The notes under the pieces: generated by a model
The model's database searches: none
The model's input: only the letters and a program-made list of their open reading frames with translations
Told to the model about the DNA's origin: nothing
Assembly: GCF_001194135.2 (NCBI RefSeq)
Contig: NC_068981.1
Span: forward strand, 19,147,994-19,211,993
DNA: 64,000 nucleotides
Direction: 5' to 3'
Origin: Octopus bimaculoides
Taxonomy: Eukaryota
Position numbers and translations under genes: made by a program
Shown here: positions 23,527 through 36,809 of the stretch, one piece after another
Layout: each line of letters begins with the position of its first letter
Position numbering within the stretch: position 1 is the stretch's first letter

Positions 23527-24610
23527 TTTCAACTGTGTTACATTACAGGGTTTTTTTTCTCCTCAACCTTCCTTTTCAAAACACTCCAAAGTTGTTCTAG
23601 TGGGTTTAAATCAGGTGACATGGTAGGCCAGGGCAATACCTTTACCTTTTTATCTGATAAAAACTTAGTCATCATCTTTGAAGTGTGTTTAGGGTCATTA
23701 TCATATTGGACCATGGAATGCCTTCCTAGTTCCTTGATGCTTTTCAACATTGTTTTCTGAATTATGACACAATAAAGCCTTGAATCCATCGTTCTCTCAA
23801 TAAATGTGAGTCCTCCCTCACCAGCTGCACTCATGCATCCCCAAAACCTAACACTTCCACTGCCGTGTTTCATGGTAGGCATGGTGCATTTGTCGCTATT
23901 ATCTTCACCTGGTCATCACCATACTCACATAATACCATATGACCCCAAACAAGTTGATTTTAGTCTTGTCAGAAAAAAAGAATTTTATTCCAAAACTCCT
24001 TCCCCTTGCTCACATAGGATTCAGTAAAAAGAAAGACAACTTGGTTTATGTCTGGTAGTGAGGGAATGCATTCGTGAAGACCAACCACACTGATTCAAAC
24101 TTCAGCAAACTGTTTGGATGGATACACTCTTTCCACTAACAGAAGACACTTCTTAGGCCAAAGATGAAGCAGCACAATGCCTGTCGTACATCACACAACG
24201 TTCGATGTGGCAAATATCACGCGCAGTTAAAATAGAAGGATGACCCGGACAATGTTTATTGGTTAGCGGTCCAGTAGCTTTGTACTTCTGAATTACTTTG
24301 CCAACTGTGATTAGGCTAATATGTATTCATTTGCTAATTAACTTGTATCCTAAACCATTCTTGTGCAAATTAAAAATAATTTTCTTCAAATCTTTAGACA
24401 ATTCTTTTCCTTTTGGTGCCATTTTAATCACAATGAAGATTTTCACCACAGTACACAAATCAGAATTCCTGCAGATGCAGTAACAATGACAGGTACAAAA
24501 TTGCCAGGAGAAATAATTTATTAGAATTGAAATTATCAGCAACATCTGAATTTAGTTAAAAAGATGATCATAACATTGAATATAACAAATTTCCTTTATG
24601 GTGTACATAT
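23527..24610 (-). mobile_element. Decayed Tc1-family transposon (DD34E), 3' end missing
   Basis: MAPKGKELSKDLKKIIFNLHKNGLGYKLISK start (ATG at 24422), SDKTK, KHGSGSVRFWGCMS, YDNDPKH-(34)-E in SPDLNPLEQLW; several stops and frameshifts. Confidence 0.92.
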
Positions 24611-24899
24611 ATTTGTGTCGTTTGAAAATTAATATTTCATTCATACCTTTGAAAATGTTTATTNNNNNNNNNNNNNNNNNNNNNNNNNNNNNNNNNNNNN
24701 NNNNNNNNNNNNNNNNNNNNNNNNNNNNNNNNNNNNNNNNNNNNNNNNNNNNNNNNNNNNNNNNNNNNNNNNNNNNNNNNNNNNNNNNNNNNNNNNNNNN
24801 NNNNNNNNNNNNNNNNNNNNNNNNNNNNNNNNNNNNNNNNNNNNNNNNNNNNNNNNNNNNNNNNNNNNNNNNTATAAATATATATATGTGTGTGTGTAT

Positions 24900-25230
24900 A
24901 TCATCATCATCATTTAATGTCCACTTTCCATGCTAGCATGGGTTGGACGATTTGACTGAGGACTGGTGAAACCAGATGGCAACACCAGGCTCCAATCTAA
25001 TTTGGCAGAGTTTCTACAGCTGGATGCCCTTCCTAACGCCAACCACTCAGGGAGTGTAGTGGGTGCTTTTACGTGTCACCCGCACAAAGGCCAGTCAGGC
25101 GGTACTGGCAATGGCCACGCTCGAAATGGTGTCTTTTGTGTGCCACCCGCACAAGAGCCAGTCCAGGGTCACTGGCAACGATCTCGCTCGAAAACCCTAC
25201 GAAGGCCAGTCAGGCGGTACTGGCAACGGT
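24900..25230 (-). mobile_element. RTE-3'UTR-type repeat copy
   Basis: Near-identical to 63715-64000; (CAT)n tail on the left. Confidence 0.9.
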
Positions 25231-25274
25231 CGTGTGTGTATATACATACATACATATCCACATACATATGTGTG

Positions 25275-25615
25275 TGAAGGCACATAGCTCAGTGGTTAGA
25301 GCATCAAGCCTATGATCATGAGGTTGTGAGTTTGATTCCCAGACTGGGCTGCATGTCATGTTCTTGAGCAAGACACTTTACTTCACGTTACTCCAGTTTA
25401 CTCAGCTGTAGAAATGAGTTGCAATGTCATTGGTGCCAAGCTGTAATCGGCCTTTGCCTTTCCCTTGGATAACATTGGTGGTGTGGGCAGGGGAGTCTGT
25501 TATGCATGGACAACTGCTGGCCTTCCACAAAGAACCTTGCCCAGACTTGTGCCTCGGAGGGTAACTTTCTAGGTGCAACCCTATGGTCATTCATGACCGA
25601 AGGGATCCCTGCCTT
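25275..25615 (+). mobile_element. tRNA-derived SINE (head 1, third tail variant)
   Basis: gcacatagctcagtggttagagc…gagtttgattcc (A/B boxes), ttcttgagcaagacacttta, ctccagtttactcagctgtagaaatgag. Confidence 0.8.
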
Positions 25616-25644
25616 TTCATATATATATATATATATATATACAT

Positions 25645-25719
<75 letters not shown>

Positions 25720-25720
<1 letters not shown>

Positions 25721-26090
25721 CACTCGAGAGTGTAGTTGGCGCTTTTTATGTGCCACCGGCATGGAAGCCAGTCAGGGAGCACTTGCATTGGCCACGTTCA
25801 GATAGTGCTTTTTACACGCTACCGGCATAAGAGCTAGTTGGGCTGACATCGATCATGTTCGGATGGTGCTTATTGTGTGCCACCAGCATGGGAGCCAGTC
25901 AGGTGGCACTGGTATCGGCCACAACTACAATTTCCATTTGATTGTGATTTGATTTTGATTTGACTTGACTCAATATGTCTCTTGATTCAAAGGTGCTTGT
26001 TAAATGGGCTGGTTATGTGATACTGGTATAGGCTATGGCTGTGATCTCACTTTACTTGCTGGGTCTTCTCGATCACAGCATATCTCCAGA
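25720..26090 (-). mobile_element. RTE ORF end and 3'UTR with tandem units
   Basis: Reverse complement resembles 18440-18800 (…gagaagacccagcaagtaaagtgagatc…tcaagtcaaatc…). Confidence 0.65.
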
Positions 26091-26499
26091 GGTGTGTGTG
26101 TGTGTGTGTGTATGTGTGTGTTTCCTTATGTTTATAGTTACACCATTTAACAACCAGTAATGTTTGTTTATGTACAGTTACCTAGTGATTCAACAGATAG
26201 AGATAAATAAATACCAGACATAAAAGTAAATACTTGGGGTGGGGGAGGGTGATATGATCCGCTAAACTCTTGAAGGTATTGCTCCAGCATGACCACAATT
26301 CAGTGAATGAAACCAGTAAAAAAAATCAAAGAGTCAAATAAATAATAATATTTTTCTCAGGAAGTCAATGTTTTCAAGAAAAACACTGATTCTTTTACTT
26401 TTTGTTTATTGATTTTTTTTTTCTTATTTATATCGATTTCTTACAGAGAAAAATATTTCCAGTTGAATCAACATCAACATCATCATCATCATCATCATC

Positions 26500-26710
26500 G
26501 TCATCATCATCATCATCATAATCATTCAATATCTGTGCCCCATGCTGGCATGGGTTGGACAGTTTGATATGATTCAATGAGCTTCTGTCTGCATTGTGCT
26601 CCAGTGTCTACTCTAACATGGTTTCTACACCTAAAAGCCCCATTTAATGCTAACCACCGAATGAGGCATTTGAATGCTTTTTTCATCCCATCAGCACTGG
26701 TGAGACTTCC
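26500..26710 (-). mobile_element. Degenerate RTE-3'UTR-type repeat with (CAT)n tail
   Basis: ccatgctggcatgggttggacagtttga…taatgctaaccacc. Confidence 0.65.
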
Positions 26711-26779
26711 CTGCAGTTTGCAAGACAATAAACCCCAAGTGGACAGTTTTATTTTAGGAATTAGAGAACAAGATTATGA

Positions 26780-27190
26780 GAGGTGGCTGTGTGGTAAGTA
26801 GCTTGATTACGAACCACATGGTTCCGGGTTCAGTCCCACTGCGTGGCACCTTGGGAAAGTGTCTTCCACTATACCCTCGGGTTGACCAAAGCCTTGTGAG
26901 TGGATTTGGTAGACGGAAACTGAAAGAAGCCCGTCGTATATATATGTATATATATATATATATATGTATATGTGTTTGTGTGTCTGTGTTTGTCCCCCTA
27001 CCACCGCTTGACAACCGATGCTGGTGTGTTTACGTCTCCGTAACTTAGCGGTTCTGCAAAAAGAGACCGATAGAATAAGTACTAGGCTGCCAAAGAATAA
27101 GTCCTGGGGTCGATTTGCTCGACTAAAGGCGGTGCTCCAGCATGACCACAGTCAAATGACTGAAACAAGTAAATGAGTAAAAGAGAATAA
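26780..27190 (+). mobile_element. Family A CORE-like SINE, full length
   Basis: tRNA-like head gtggctgtgtggtaag…gggttcagtcccac, caccttgggaaagtgtctt, internal (TA)n, tail ending gaaacaagtaaatgagtaaaagag. Confidence 0.92.
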
Positions 27191-27819
27191 ACCAGAGCAA
27201 AACAGGTTTTTCTGTAAATAATTTACATGAATATTAGTGGCATTTATGGAACCTGCTCAAAGATCATGAGTTCCAATCTACGACTTACATTCTGTTGTTC
27301 TTCTGAACAGAGCATGGTATTCTAAATTACCTCAGTGGTTCCCCTTGGTGTCAGGAATGATTACCAGATCAATCTGAGAATTCTCAACCTCAAACCATCA
27401 ATCTGAGAATTCTCAACCTCAAACCATCAATCTAATAACTGATTTGTGTCATTAGATCCAAGATAGTATGTGTTAGTTGTGTATATGTAACACATGTAAC
27501 ACATTTTATTTTAAACACTTTACACACACACACACACACATACACACACACAGTATACACAATTAGATGGGTACCTTTATCAATCATTGAAGGAGTCAGT
27601 CTCACAAGATACTCGGAGTAATATGTATATCCCTAAGAGCATTAGATACTAAATTAATTTTCATATGTGTATATTTGACTGAGACAGAATTATTGTTGCA
27701 AGGAGAGAAATGTGTTCATTTTACTGTGTAAGGTGTGATCAAGTTGGACAGACATTAATAACTATTTGATCTCAAACAATCAATATTTGTTTGTGCTTAT
27801 GACAGCCCATCAGAGATGA

Positions 27820-28150
27820 TGACAGTGTCAATCCAAAACATTCATCCTGTGCCTCTAGCACATTCTTTGTCAAGGGAGCGGATGTGGCTGACAACACCGA
27901 TACAAGAAAAGCAGACCCTGTGGCACTGAGGGCACTGAAAGTGACCCCAAGCAACACCCACAGGTGGTTGATGATGACATTTCCTCCTCTCTTCATGCAG
28001 CCTCCTGCATTCGATTTCATAGCACTTCACTCTAACATCACACACAGACATCTATGCCTTCTGATTAACAGCCAGACGCTCCAACTGACTGATTTATTAA
28101 CATGATTATTAGATGCCATTAGCACTCACCATTTGATGTCTTATATAGTG
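27820..28150 (-). mobile_element. RTE-BovB-like LINE C-terminal fragment
   Basis: LE.LA.NQKA*…RVKCYEIECRRLHEERRK…FQCPQCHRVCFSCIGVVSHIRS matches the BovB-type terminal C..C.R.C.SRIGL.SH.R zinc finger. Confidence 0.8.
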
Positions 28151-28334
28151 TCTACTTGAAACCAGTATTCAAAGTTATACACAGCAAATTTGCTCTCATA
28201 TACAGCAACTGCTTGAAATTACATTGTCACTGTTCAGGGCTATATACAGGGACTTTCCCCCTTATATATAGTAACTGCTTCAAATTACATTCAATGCCAT
28301 ATTCAGTGTATTTTCTTTCTCTTATATAGTGGGA

Positions 28335-28504
28335 GAGGCAGTGTGGTCAACAGCTTGCTTACCAGCCACATGGTTCTGGGTTCAGTTCCACTGCATGGCA
28401 CCTTGGGCAAGTGTTTTCTATTGAAGCTTCAGGCCGACCAAAGCCTTGTGAGTGGATTTGGTAGATGGAAACTGAAAGAAGCCCATCGTATCTATTTATA
28501 TATA

Positions 28505-28539
<35 letters not shown>

Positions 28540-28745
28540 ATTCCCCCAACATCACTTGACAATCGACGCTGGTGTGTTTACATCCCAGTAACTTAACAGT
28601 TCGGCAAAAGAGACCAATAAAATAAGTACTAGGCTTACAAAGAATAAGTCCTGGGTTCGATTTGCTTGACTAAAGGCGGTGCTCCAACATGGACACAGTC
28701 AAATGACTAAAACAAGTAAAAGAATAAAAGAATAAAAGAATAGCT
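28335..28745 (+). mobile_element. Family A SINE
   Basis: Same modules as 26780-27190. Confidence 0.9.
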
Positions 28746-28814
28746 CTACTTGAAATCCCTTTAAGCCTGTATCCAGTGTCATATACACTGACTTCTAATT
28801 TTATACACAATAAC

Positions 28815-29235
28815 TTTGTGGCTGTGTGGTTGGAAATTTGCTTCCCAACCACATGGTTCCAGGTTTAGTCCCCACTGTATGGGGCCTTGAGCAAGTGCCT
28901 TCTACTAAAGCCTCAGACCAACCAAAGCTTTGTGAGTGGATTTGGTTAAAGGAAACTGAAAGAAGCCCATAGTATATATGTGTGTGCGTATGCGTCCATG
29001 TGTGTGTATGTTTATCTTTGTGTCTGTGTTTGACTCCCTACAAACACCGCCACTTGACAACCAGTGTTGGTGTGTTTATGTGCCTGTAACCTAGCAGTTC
29101 AACCAAAGAGACTGATTGAATAAATATCAAGCTTTAAAAAAAAAATAGCACTGGGGTTGACTTATTTAAGAATTCAAAGCAGCGCCCCAGTATGGCCACA
29201 GTCTAATGACTGAAACAAGTAAAAGATTAAAGTCA
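28815..29235 (+). mobile_element. Family A SINE (older copy)
   Basis: Same modules, more diverged. Confidence 0.85.
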
Positions 29236-29489
29236 TATTCAGTCAATAATCAATATTGTTTTAATGCTTTATGCAATTCTTATTCACAAGCATAGCTAGA
29301 GGAGAATAGAGGGTGCAGTCCTCCCAGAACAATACTTTTATGGGGGCAGCACCACTTTTGGGTCTGCTGTGGGCAATAATTATTTTTTGTGGAGATCCAG
29401 GTGGCAATTGAAGGGCTGCCCCAGATGGCACACACTCTAGCAATGCTAGTTTTCTTATTTAAAGTTTTTATTTAGTGAATAATAATCCT

Positions 29490-29860
29490 TCCTACTATAG
29501 ACACAAGGCCTGAAATTTGGGGGAGGAGGATAGTGGATTACATCGACTCCAGTGTTTCACTGGTACTTTCACTGGTACCTCAGCGGAATTTGAATTCAGA
29601 ATGTAGTAACAAACGAAATACCACTAAGCATTTCGCCCAGCATACTAATGATTCTTTCCTATTCTAGGCACAAGGCCCGAAATTTTGGGGGAGGGTGCCA
29701 GTCGATTAGATCGACCTCAGTATGCAACTGGTACTTAACTTATCAACTCCGAAAGGATGAAAGGCAAAGTCGACCTCGGCGGAATGTGAACTTAGACTGT
29801 AAAGACAGACGAAATACTGCTAAGCATTTTGCTAATGATTCTGCCAGCTCGTGCTAACGA
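29490..29860 (-). mobile_element. Two tandem Meta-domain-like SINE copies
   Basis: ccgaaaggatgaaaggcaaagtcgacctcggcggaat…gaaatactgctaagcattt repeated. Confidence 0.8.
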
Positions 29861-30015
29861 TTCTGTCAGTTAATTTAGTAACTAATAATGCCTTATACAG
29901 TCAGTGTTCTGTGTTTTATAAGATGAAAGTTTAAGGAATAGTTACAGGTGTTGCTAACAAAGAGTTTCTCTCACCTTGCAGAACTATACCAATCTTAACA
30001 TGTAAAACTATATAA

Positions 30016-30270
30016 TGCAGTGGTTCTCAACTAGGGTCTACACAACTCTTAGGGGGCAGGCATATGAGATCTTATTGTTGTGCAATAACTTGGTTACACT
30101 TCTACAATACACAAAATATTTTTAACTATTTTTTATACAATCCCTAATATTATCTCATTAGAAAAATACAACAGGATTTTTTTTTTAAATATCAAATGGC
30201 CATGGGGTTCCGGTTGAGTAAAATGAAAGCCAAAGAGATTCATAGAAAGAAAAATGATTGAGTGCTTTGA
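30016..30270. mobile_element. Degenerate hAT(Charlie)-like MITE
   Basis: Left end cagtggttctcaac; right end only weakly recognisable. Confidence 0.45.
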
Positions 30271-30614
30271 TATAAAGCATATGAAAAAGTGAGATAAGAA
30301 CATAGTTTTTGTTGTTGTTGGAAAGTAATTAGGAGAGCACGATATGTTGGATGTGAAATAATAACCTTCATTAAATGTAAAACACTAATGAGCTGAGAGA
30401 ATGACAGAGTATTAAAGACATCAGGTGACAGATGCTGGAGATATATTACTATGATTGTATGTGATGGTATCTCGCTCAGGTGTGACAATGACCTTTCAGT
30501 AGTTCAATCAAATGGGATATTGTCTCTTGTAATTAATATGTAAGTGGCTGAGTATTCCACAGACAGTGTACTCCTAAAGTAATTCCCAAGCTGAATCATC
30601 ATTGTCATAATTTA

Positions 30615-30800
30615 ACCTTCGTTATCCATGCTAGCTTTGGTTGGACAATTTGACAAGAACTGGCAAGCCAGAAGTTTGCACCAAACTCCAATGTCTGCTT
30701 TGGGTATGGTTTCTATGGCTGGATGCTCTTCCTAATGCCAACCACTTTACAGAGTGTACTGGGTACTTTTTAAGTGGCACCAGCAGCCACAAAGGTGTAC
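30615..30800 (-). mobile_element. RTE-3'UTR-type repeat copy (old)
   Basis: ccatgctagc…ttggacaatttgac…ggctggatgctcttcctaatgccaaccac. Confidence 0.75.
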
Positions 30801-31010
30801 ATATATTGTAATCAAACACAGTGAGTGCTGTATGAATCAGCGGCTTTGTGTATTGACATAGAAAAGTTAGTAGTTCGCAATAGAGAGGACAAACCAATAA
30901 GGTGTGTTTAGAAGTGATGCAGTTACCCAAGATACCCTAAGCCTCATATATGAGATGGCACTGTGAGACATGCCGTAGTGCAGAACCGATCTGCATGGAA
31001 GAAAAAATAG

Positions 31011-31049
31011 TTGATGATGATGATGATGATGATGATCCTCCACCTCCTC

Positions 31050-31084
<35 letters not shown>

Positions 31085-31270
31085 CATGTTGATTAATGGT
31101 AATTTTGGTATTGTTTGTGTTATTGGTATGCTGGTTGTTATTGTTGTTGGCAGTGGTGGTTGTGATGAGGAAGAGGAAGAGGAAGGGCAATGGTGGTTGT
31201 AGTGGTGATGACAATGATGACACTGGTTGTAGTGATGACGATGATGATTTCTACAACAATAACGATGAAA
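31011..31270. repeat. Complex (GAT)/(CAT)/(GTT) trinucleotide low-complexity tract
   Basis: Direct observation; source of spurious poly-D/H/M ORFs. Confidence 0.85.
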
Positions 31271-31415
31271 ATGTAGGTCACTATTTCACGTCTTGTACAG
31301 TTTTTAATATGTTGTATAGACACAGTGACTATTTCATGATTTTTAAAAATATTTATTTATATATATGTTATATGCACACACACACATACACACACACACA
31401 CACACACATACCATG

Positions 31416-31461
<46 letters not shown>

Positions 31462-31999
31462 TGACTATTAGATACCTTCCTTACACAGTAATATTTCTGT
31501 TGCCTCAAGCAGTTTACTAATTAAATATATCAGGCTTTCTGTACGAAGAACTGAAAAGCAACTTCGATCAATGTAAATCTAAGTCAGCAGTTCTCAGATA
31601 TTTAGCTATCATATTTTTACTTTACTTTTTCCAGATTCGATTTTGTTTGGGCAAGAACCATTGACAAGTGAATCAATAAACACTGCGGGGATGTTTTTCA
31701 GGATTACACGAGATTATATTCAGGATTAGAGAGCAACCATATGGTGCCAATATTACGACACTTTCAATTCAAAAAGACTTATCTTTGATAACTCACACTC
31801 GAATAAATCAGAAATATATTACTGCAAAACCGAATAACAGACAGAGTTGGGGACATGAGATGCTGGCTTGGCTGTGAGATATGTAGACATACAACAGAGT
31901 TTTGGGTGCAACAGGAAGTAAGAGGAAGCAGAAAGGAGACAGGACTGGGAGAAAAAATGTATATATTATAGTATATATACAGGAAAATAAAAGATTGGA

Positions 32000-32422
32000 G
32001 AAAAGTGAATGAAATAAAACAAGAAAACCATTGTGAAAATAATCAAATTTTTTTTTTCTTTTGTAATTGTATTACTATTCTGTAAGATAGACTTGTTTGT
32101 TACTGTGAGCAGTGTAAAATGAGATACGTGGAGGTAAAGCCATTGAATGGGAGGAACATATCCTGTGCCAATAGCTCTTTGTGTGTGTGTATGTGTGTGC
32201 AAGTCTTTGTGTTTCAGTTTTTAGATATGTGGTTGTGTACCTGTGTATGCGCATGAGTCTGTGTCGTTTTAGGTTCTTGCATATGTGTTTGTGTATTCTG
32301 AGTATGTGTACGAAGTGGGTATGCATTATGTGTACACGTTGGTTGAATAACATGTAAACAAACAGGATTTTTGTATATACACAGACATACACATACATAC
32401 GTACAAACATACAAGTATGTAT

Positions 32423-32461
<39 letters not shown>

Positions 32462-32728
32462 CACGAACAAATGCTTCAGTATTGGCTTATACAAATGTGT
32501 GCATGTGCTCAGTTTTGCTAATATCTATTGATTTATATACACAAATATATTCATATATATGTATATATTTATAGATGTTTACACATTTGCATCAATGTGT
32601 ATGTTTGAGATTTACGAGTATATATTGATTACTATACATATCATATATTTATATCAACATATATATTTACATTTATGCGTGTATATAATTTTTCCTGTTA
32701 TTGTAACTTTGTGCGCTCTTGTGTGTGC

Positions 32729-32816
<88 letters not shown>

Positions 32817-32902
32817 TTTACAAATATATAATGATTAATACATACAGATATATTAATATGCATATATATTATTTTCATAAAAGTAAATAAATAAGTCTGT
32901 TT

Positions 32903-32958
<56 letters not shown>

Positions 32959-33135
32959 TTTGTGTGTGGTGGGGCATGCATATATAATCATATATGAAAA
33001 CAGATATACAGAAACTGAAAGAATATGTTCAAATATATAATGAAACATAAAGGAAAATGGTATGTAAATGTATGTAAATGAATAAAAAAAAGTTCACACA
33101 GAAAAGTACATAAACACACATGCACAAACACACAG

Positions 33136-33177
<42 letters not shown>

Positions 33178-33416
33178 ACACTTACATATAAACATACACT
33201 CGTTTATTCTCAAATACAGAAAGGAGATCAAGCACACACACACACAATCAGGGATAGGTACACAATCACTCTAAAACTTATATATATAAAACATACATAT
33301 AATTAGTCATTTGTACAAAGCATACACATTAAATAACAGACATAGAAACCCATTATAGCATGTGTGTGAGCGTGTATGACTGTGTATGTGTGTGTGAGAG
33401 GGTGTGTGAGGGTGTA

Positions 33417-33483
<67 letters not shown>

Positions 33484-33952
33484 GCTGATGATAATATATT
33501 TGAAGGTGTGTATGTGTGTATGTGTGTGCATATATATATATATAGAGTATACCCACGTGCACATACATATATACACAGTTTCATATATATAATAAGTCAT
33601 TTATAGAAAACATATGCATCACATAAATACACATTAAATGGCATATACATATGTATGTGCGTGTGTGTGTACGTTCACTCATGTGTATTACATGCACATG
33701 ATGGCACACATATACACTCATATTGTGAGTGCTAGAACCAAGTGCATAGAAACAGACACATACATAACTATAACAAACACACGTGCATATTCAGGCATAC
33801 AGTTTCACACGTAGGACATATACATATAATTATACAGTTGCAAATAGATACGCATATACATATAAGCTTACAGTCACAAACAGATCCGTGTGTGTGTATG
33901 TGTGTGTGTGTGTGTGTGCGTGTGTGTGTGTGTAACTGAACAGCAACAAGCA

Positions 33953-34000
<48 letters not shown>

Positions 34001-34157
34001 CACTTTCATGCACCCGCACACATGTACACAGATTGAAAAACAATCAGACATATATACACTATTGATTTTTAAATTTTAGTATTTACTGAGAAATATATAC
34101 TTGCATTGTACATATAACCTGACACATATGTATACATACATGTGAATGTAAATATAA

Positions 34158-34190
<33 letters not shown>

Positions 34191-34280
34191 TGTATGTATG
34201 TATGCATGTATTTGTATGTATCTATATGTATGCATGTATGTATGTACTAAACAGACATACATCCACACACACACACGTCT
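32000..34280. repeat. Dense (CA)n/(TG)n/(TA)n/(ATGT)n microsatellite field
   Basis: Direct observation, e.g. a long pure (TG)n at 32730-32815. Confidence 0.9.
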
Positions 34281-34369
34281 TTGTTTTTCACAAACAAGAC
34301 AAAAAGCACTTAATACATATTGTAGACTATATTTATTGTACGCTACTGATTCTGGCTGTGTCACTTTAG

Positions 34370-35738
34370 GAGTTTCACGTGTCGTACGTTTTATTTCCTC
34401 TGGCAATGCTTAATGTGTTGAGAGAAAAATATACCAGATGGTATTAAATTCTATCAATTCCATTGGTTATGTTCGATCATGTGGTGTATAGGTTAGTAGA
34501 AAAGTTCCTTTTCTAGCGATAATCACTCCCAATTTGTAAATCTTTCTTATGTCACGATATTTAGGAAAGATTTCTTACGTTCTTTTTTGTTCTGTTATAA
34601 AGAATGCGTCTCACTATTTAATGTCGAAATTTGGGCTGGCAGCTATCCAATCTGCAATTCAAAGGTATCCAATCTGGGATACGTTTAAATTGTGAAACAT
34701 TGATATTTTCTGTTGCGTGAATATGTGGAGAATATCTTGTCTTTCCTGTTCGAAATATTAGTTAGTATAGTCAGTATTTTATACTTCTCAAATTATAAGT
34801 TTCGTCTGCTATAGCTTCTATTGTGTGGTTTCACTTCTTTGACGAATGTGCAATTTACTGTGACATCGTTTGCTTCTCAGACCAAATGTGATAGTTTTCT
34901 CGAGTTAACCCTGTTCCTGAACTCACATTACTATGTTACGTTCAAATCTAGAAACAAAACTAATTCCACATCATTATCACAGTAGATATGGAATCTGAAA
35001 GACATAAGAGTAAATGACACCATAATAAAGTGAAATATTTTTGAAAACTGCAGCAGAGGTAATTTATTCAAAACCGAAAAGAATAAACAACTGACTTTAC
35101 CGGCTAATGTACTCAGTAGGAGAGAGGAGATCATCTCTATATATTCGCACAGGAGAAAATTTTATGCTTTCGTCTGTTAAGCGTATTTCTATGTAGATAC
35201 TCTCGAATCATTACCTCGAAAAGTCCCGACTGAAATTTCGACAATACATGTTGAGTCTTAGAAAAACAAAAAACATTCTTAGTAAATCGTTCCTGAAAAA
35301 CGTAACCGGGATATCGTATCTAAATTACCATATGACCTTAGATGACGAGTGGAATAAATATGGTTGGTAATTATAACTGGCATTCTGCAGATTACGACGA
35401 CAAGTGTTCCAATTGATCCGATCAACGGAACATCCTTCTCATGAAATTAACGTGCAAGTGGCCGAGCACTTCGTAAACACGCGTACCCTTACCGTAGATA
35501 CAGCGTGGCACAATGTGATAAGGCTGGCCTTTTGAAATACAGGTACAACTCATTTTTGCCAACTGAGTATACCGGAGCAACATAAAAATAAAGTGTCTTG
35601 TTCAAGAGCTCAGCACGCCATCAAGAATCCAATGACCTTACGATCCTGAACCGAATACCTTAACCACTCTACCACGCAACTCCACGCGCATCTTAATTCA
35701 AATAACTTCGCTTAAGGGGATTACAACACGTGAAACTC
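34370..35738 (+). mobile_element. Candidate decayed DNA transposon with GAG…CTC termini (Sola2-like, tentative)
   Basis: gagtttcacgtgt (34370-34382) and acacgtgaaactc (35726-35738) form a perfect 13-bp IR (15/16 extended); interior has broken coding-like AT-rich sequence; contains a later SINE insertion. Confidence 0.4.
35380..35685 (-). mobile_element. tRNA-derived SINE (head 1 + tail X)
   Basis: Similarity to 13165-13465 and 50325-50620. Confidence 0.85.
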
Positions 35739-35777
35739 AGAGTTGACTTAAAACACCTTATACACAATATTATAGAT

Positions 35778-36028
35778 CACTGGTTCCCAAAGTGGGCGGT
35801 GGAAAGTTCCAAGGGGGTGTTGAAGAAAAGTGGGGTGATAATGGGGTAGCGATTCGTGTAAAAACAACAAAATAATGGGTTTCTTTAGGTAAAGTTATAT
35901 TTGTGAAACATAGTTGCTTTGAATTTACTTCAGAAAGAGGTCTACGTTTGTGATGGTTAGTTGGGGGTGGAGTGCTAGGAATGTGGGTGTCAAGGGGGTG
36001 GCAGCCCGAAAAAGTCTGGGAATCACTG
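35778..36028. mobile_element. hAT(Charlie)-like MITE
   Basis: cactggttcccaaa … tctgggaatcactg termini (CAGTGGTTCCCAAA consensus); flanks ttatagat / cttagata resemble a decayed 8-bp TSD. Confidence 0.7.
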
Positions 36029-36064
36029 CTTAGATACATATACCACCCACAATTGACAACTGTT

Positions 36065-36470
36065 TATAGGCACAGGCCTGACGTTATGTTGAGTAGTTTG
36101 TTTCCCAACCACATCAGTTTTAGTCACACTGCGCAACACCTAGGGCAAGTGTTTTTTTACTATAGCTCCTGGTCGGTGAAAGTCTTCTGAGTGGATTTGG
36201 TAGATGGAAGCTGAAAGATCATCTGTGTATGCGCGTGTGTGTGTGTGTGTGTGTGATTGTGTTTGTGTTTGTCTCCATCACCACCACTTGACAACCGATG
36301 TTGGTTTGTTTACATCCCCGTAACCTAGCGATTCGACGTAAGAGACAGACAGTTAAGTACCGTGCTTTGAAAATTAAATATTTTGGACAGTTCATTCGAC
36401 TGAAACCCTTCAAGGTCGTGCCCCAGCATGGTAGCAGTCATTGACTGAAAATAGTAGATGAGAAAAGATA
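36065..36470 (+). mobile_element. Family A SINE (diverged)
   Basis: gagtggatttggtagatggaagctgaaag, (TG)n linker, ccacttgacaaccgatgttgg…ccccagcatgg. Confidence 0.8.
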
Positions 36471-36809
36471 TATATGGAAAACGTTTAAAATATCCCACAC
36501 AAGACGGTAGACATGGAAAATATTAACAAAATGCGTTTTTCATTTCATATTACATATAATTAATTCTAAAGTATATTATTACAATCAAATCTTTTTAGAA
36601 TACAATATGCATTGAATAACAGATTATCACAATTAAATTATTTTAAAATAGATTATTACTTATTCCGAAATATCATTCATAATACGTTACTACAATCAAA
36701 TTATGTGGGTGGGTGGGAGACAGAGAGTGTGCGTGCGCGCGCGCGCACGTGTGTGTGTATCTTTACGGGGTGATAGCGCTAAGCAGTGATATACATAAAT
36801 ACAAATTTC

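Noticed and set aside
27368-27433. 29-bp perfect tandem duplication
   Set aside because: Ordinary slippage duplication with no further structure.
16752-31667. Selenoprotein created by splicing TG|A between candidate exons
   Set aside because: Context (AAKL-U-FDF) matches no selenoprotein family I know; more simply it means that frame or junction is wrong.
34083-34406. MPEEIKRTTRETPKVTQPES as a first exon
   Set aside because: Overlaps the putative TIR at 34370, has weak donors and runs into microsatellite.
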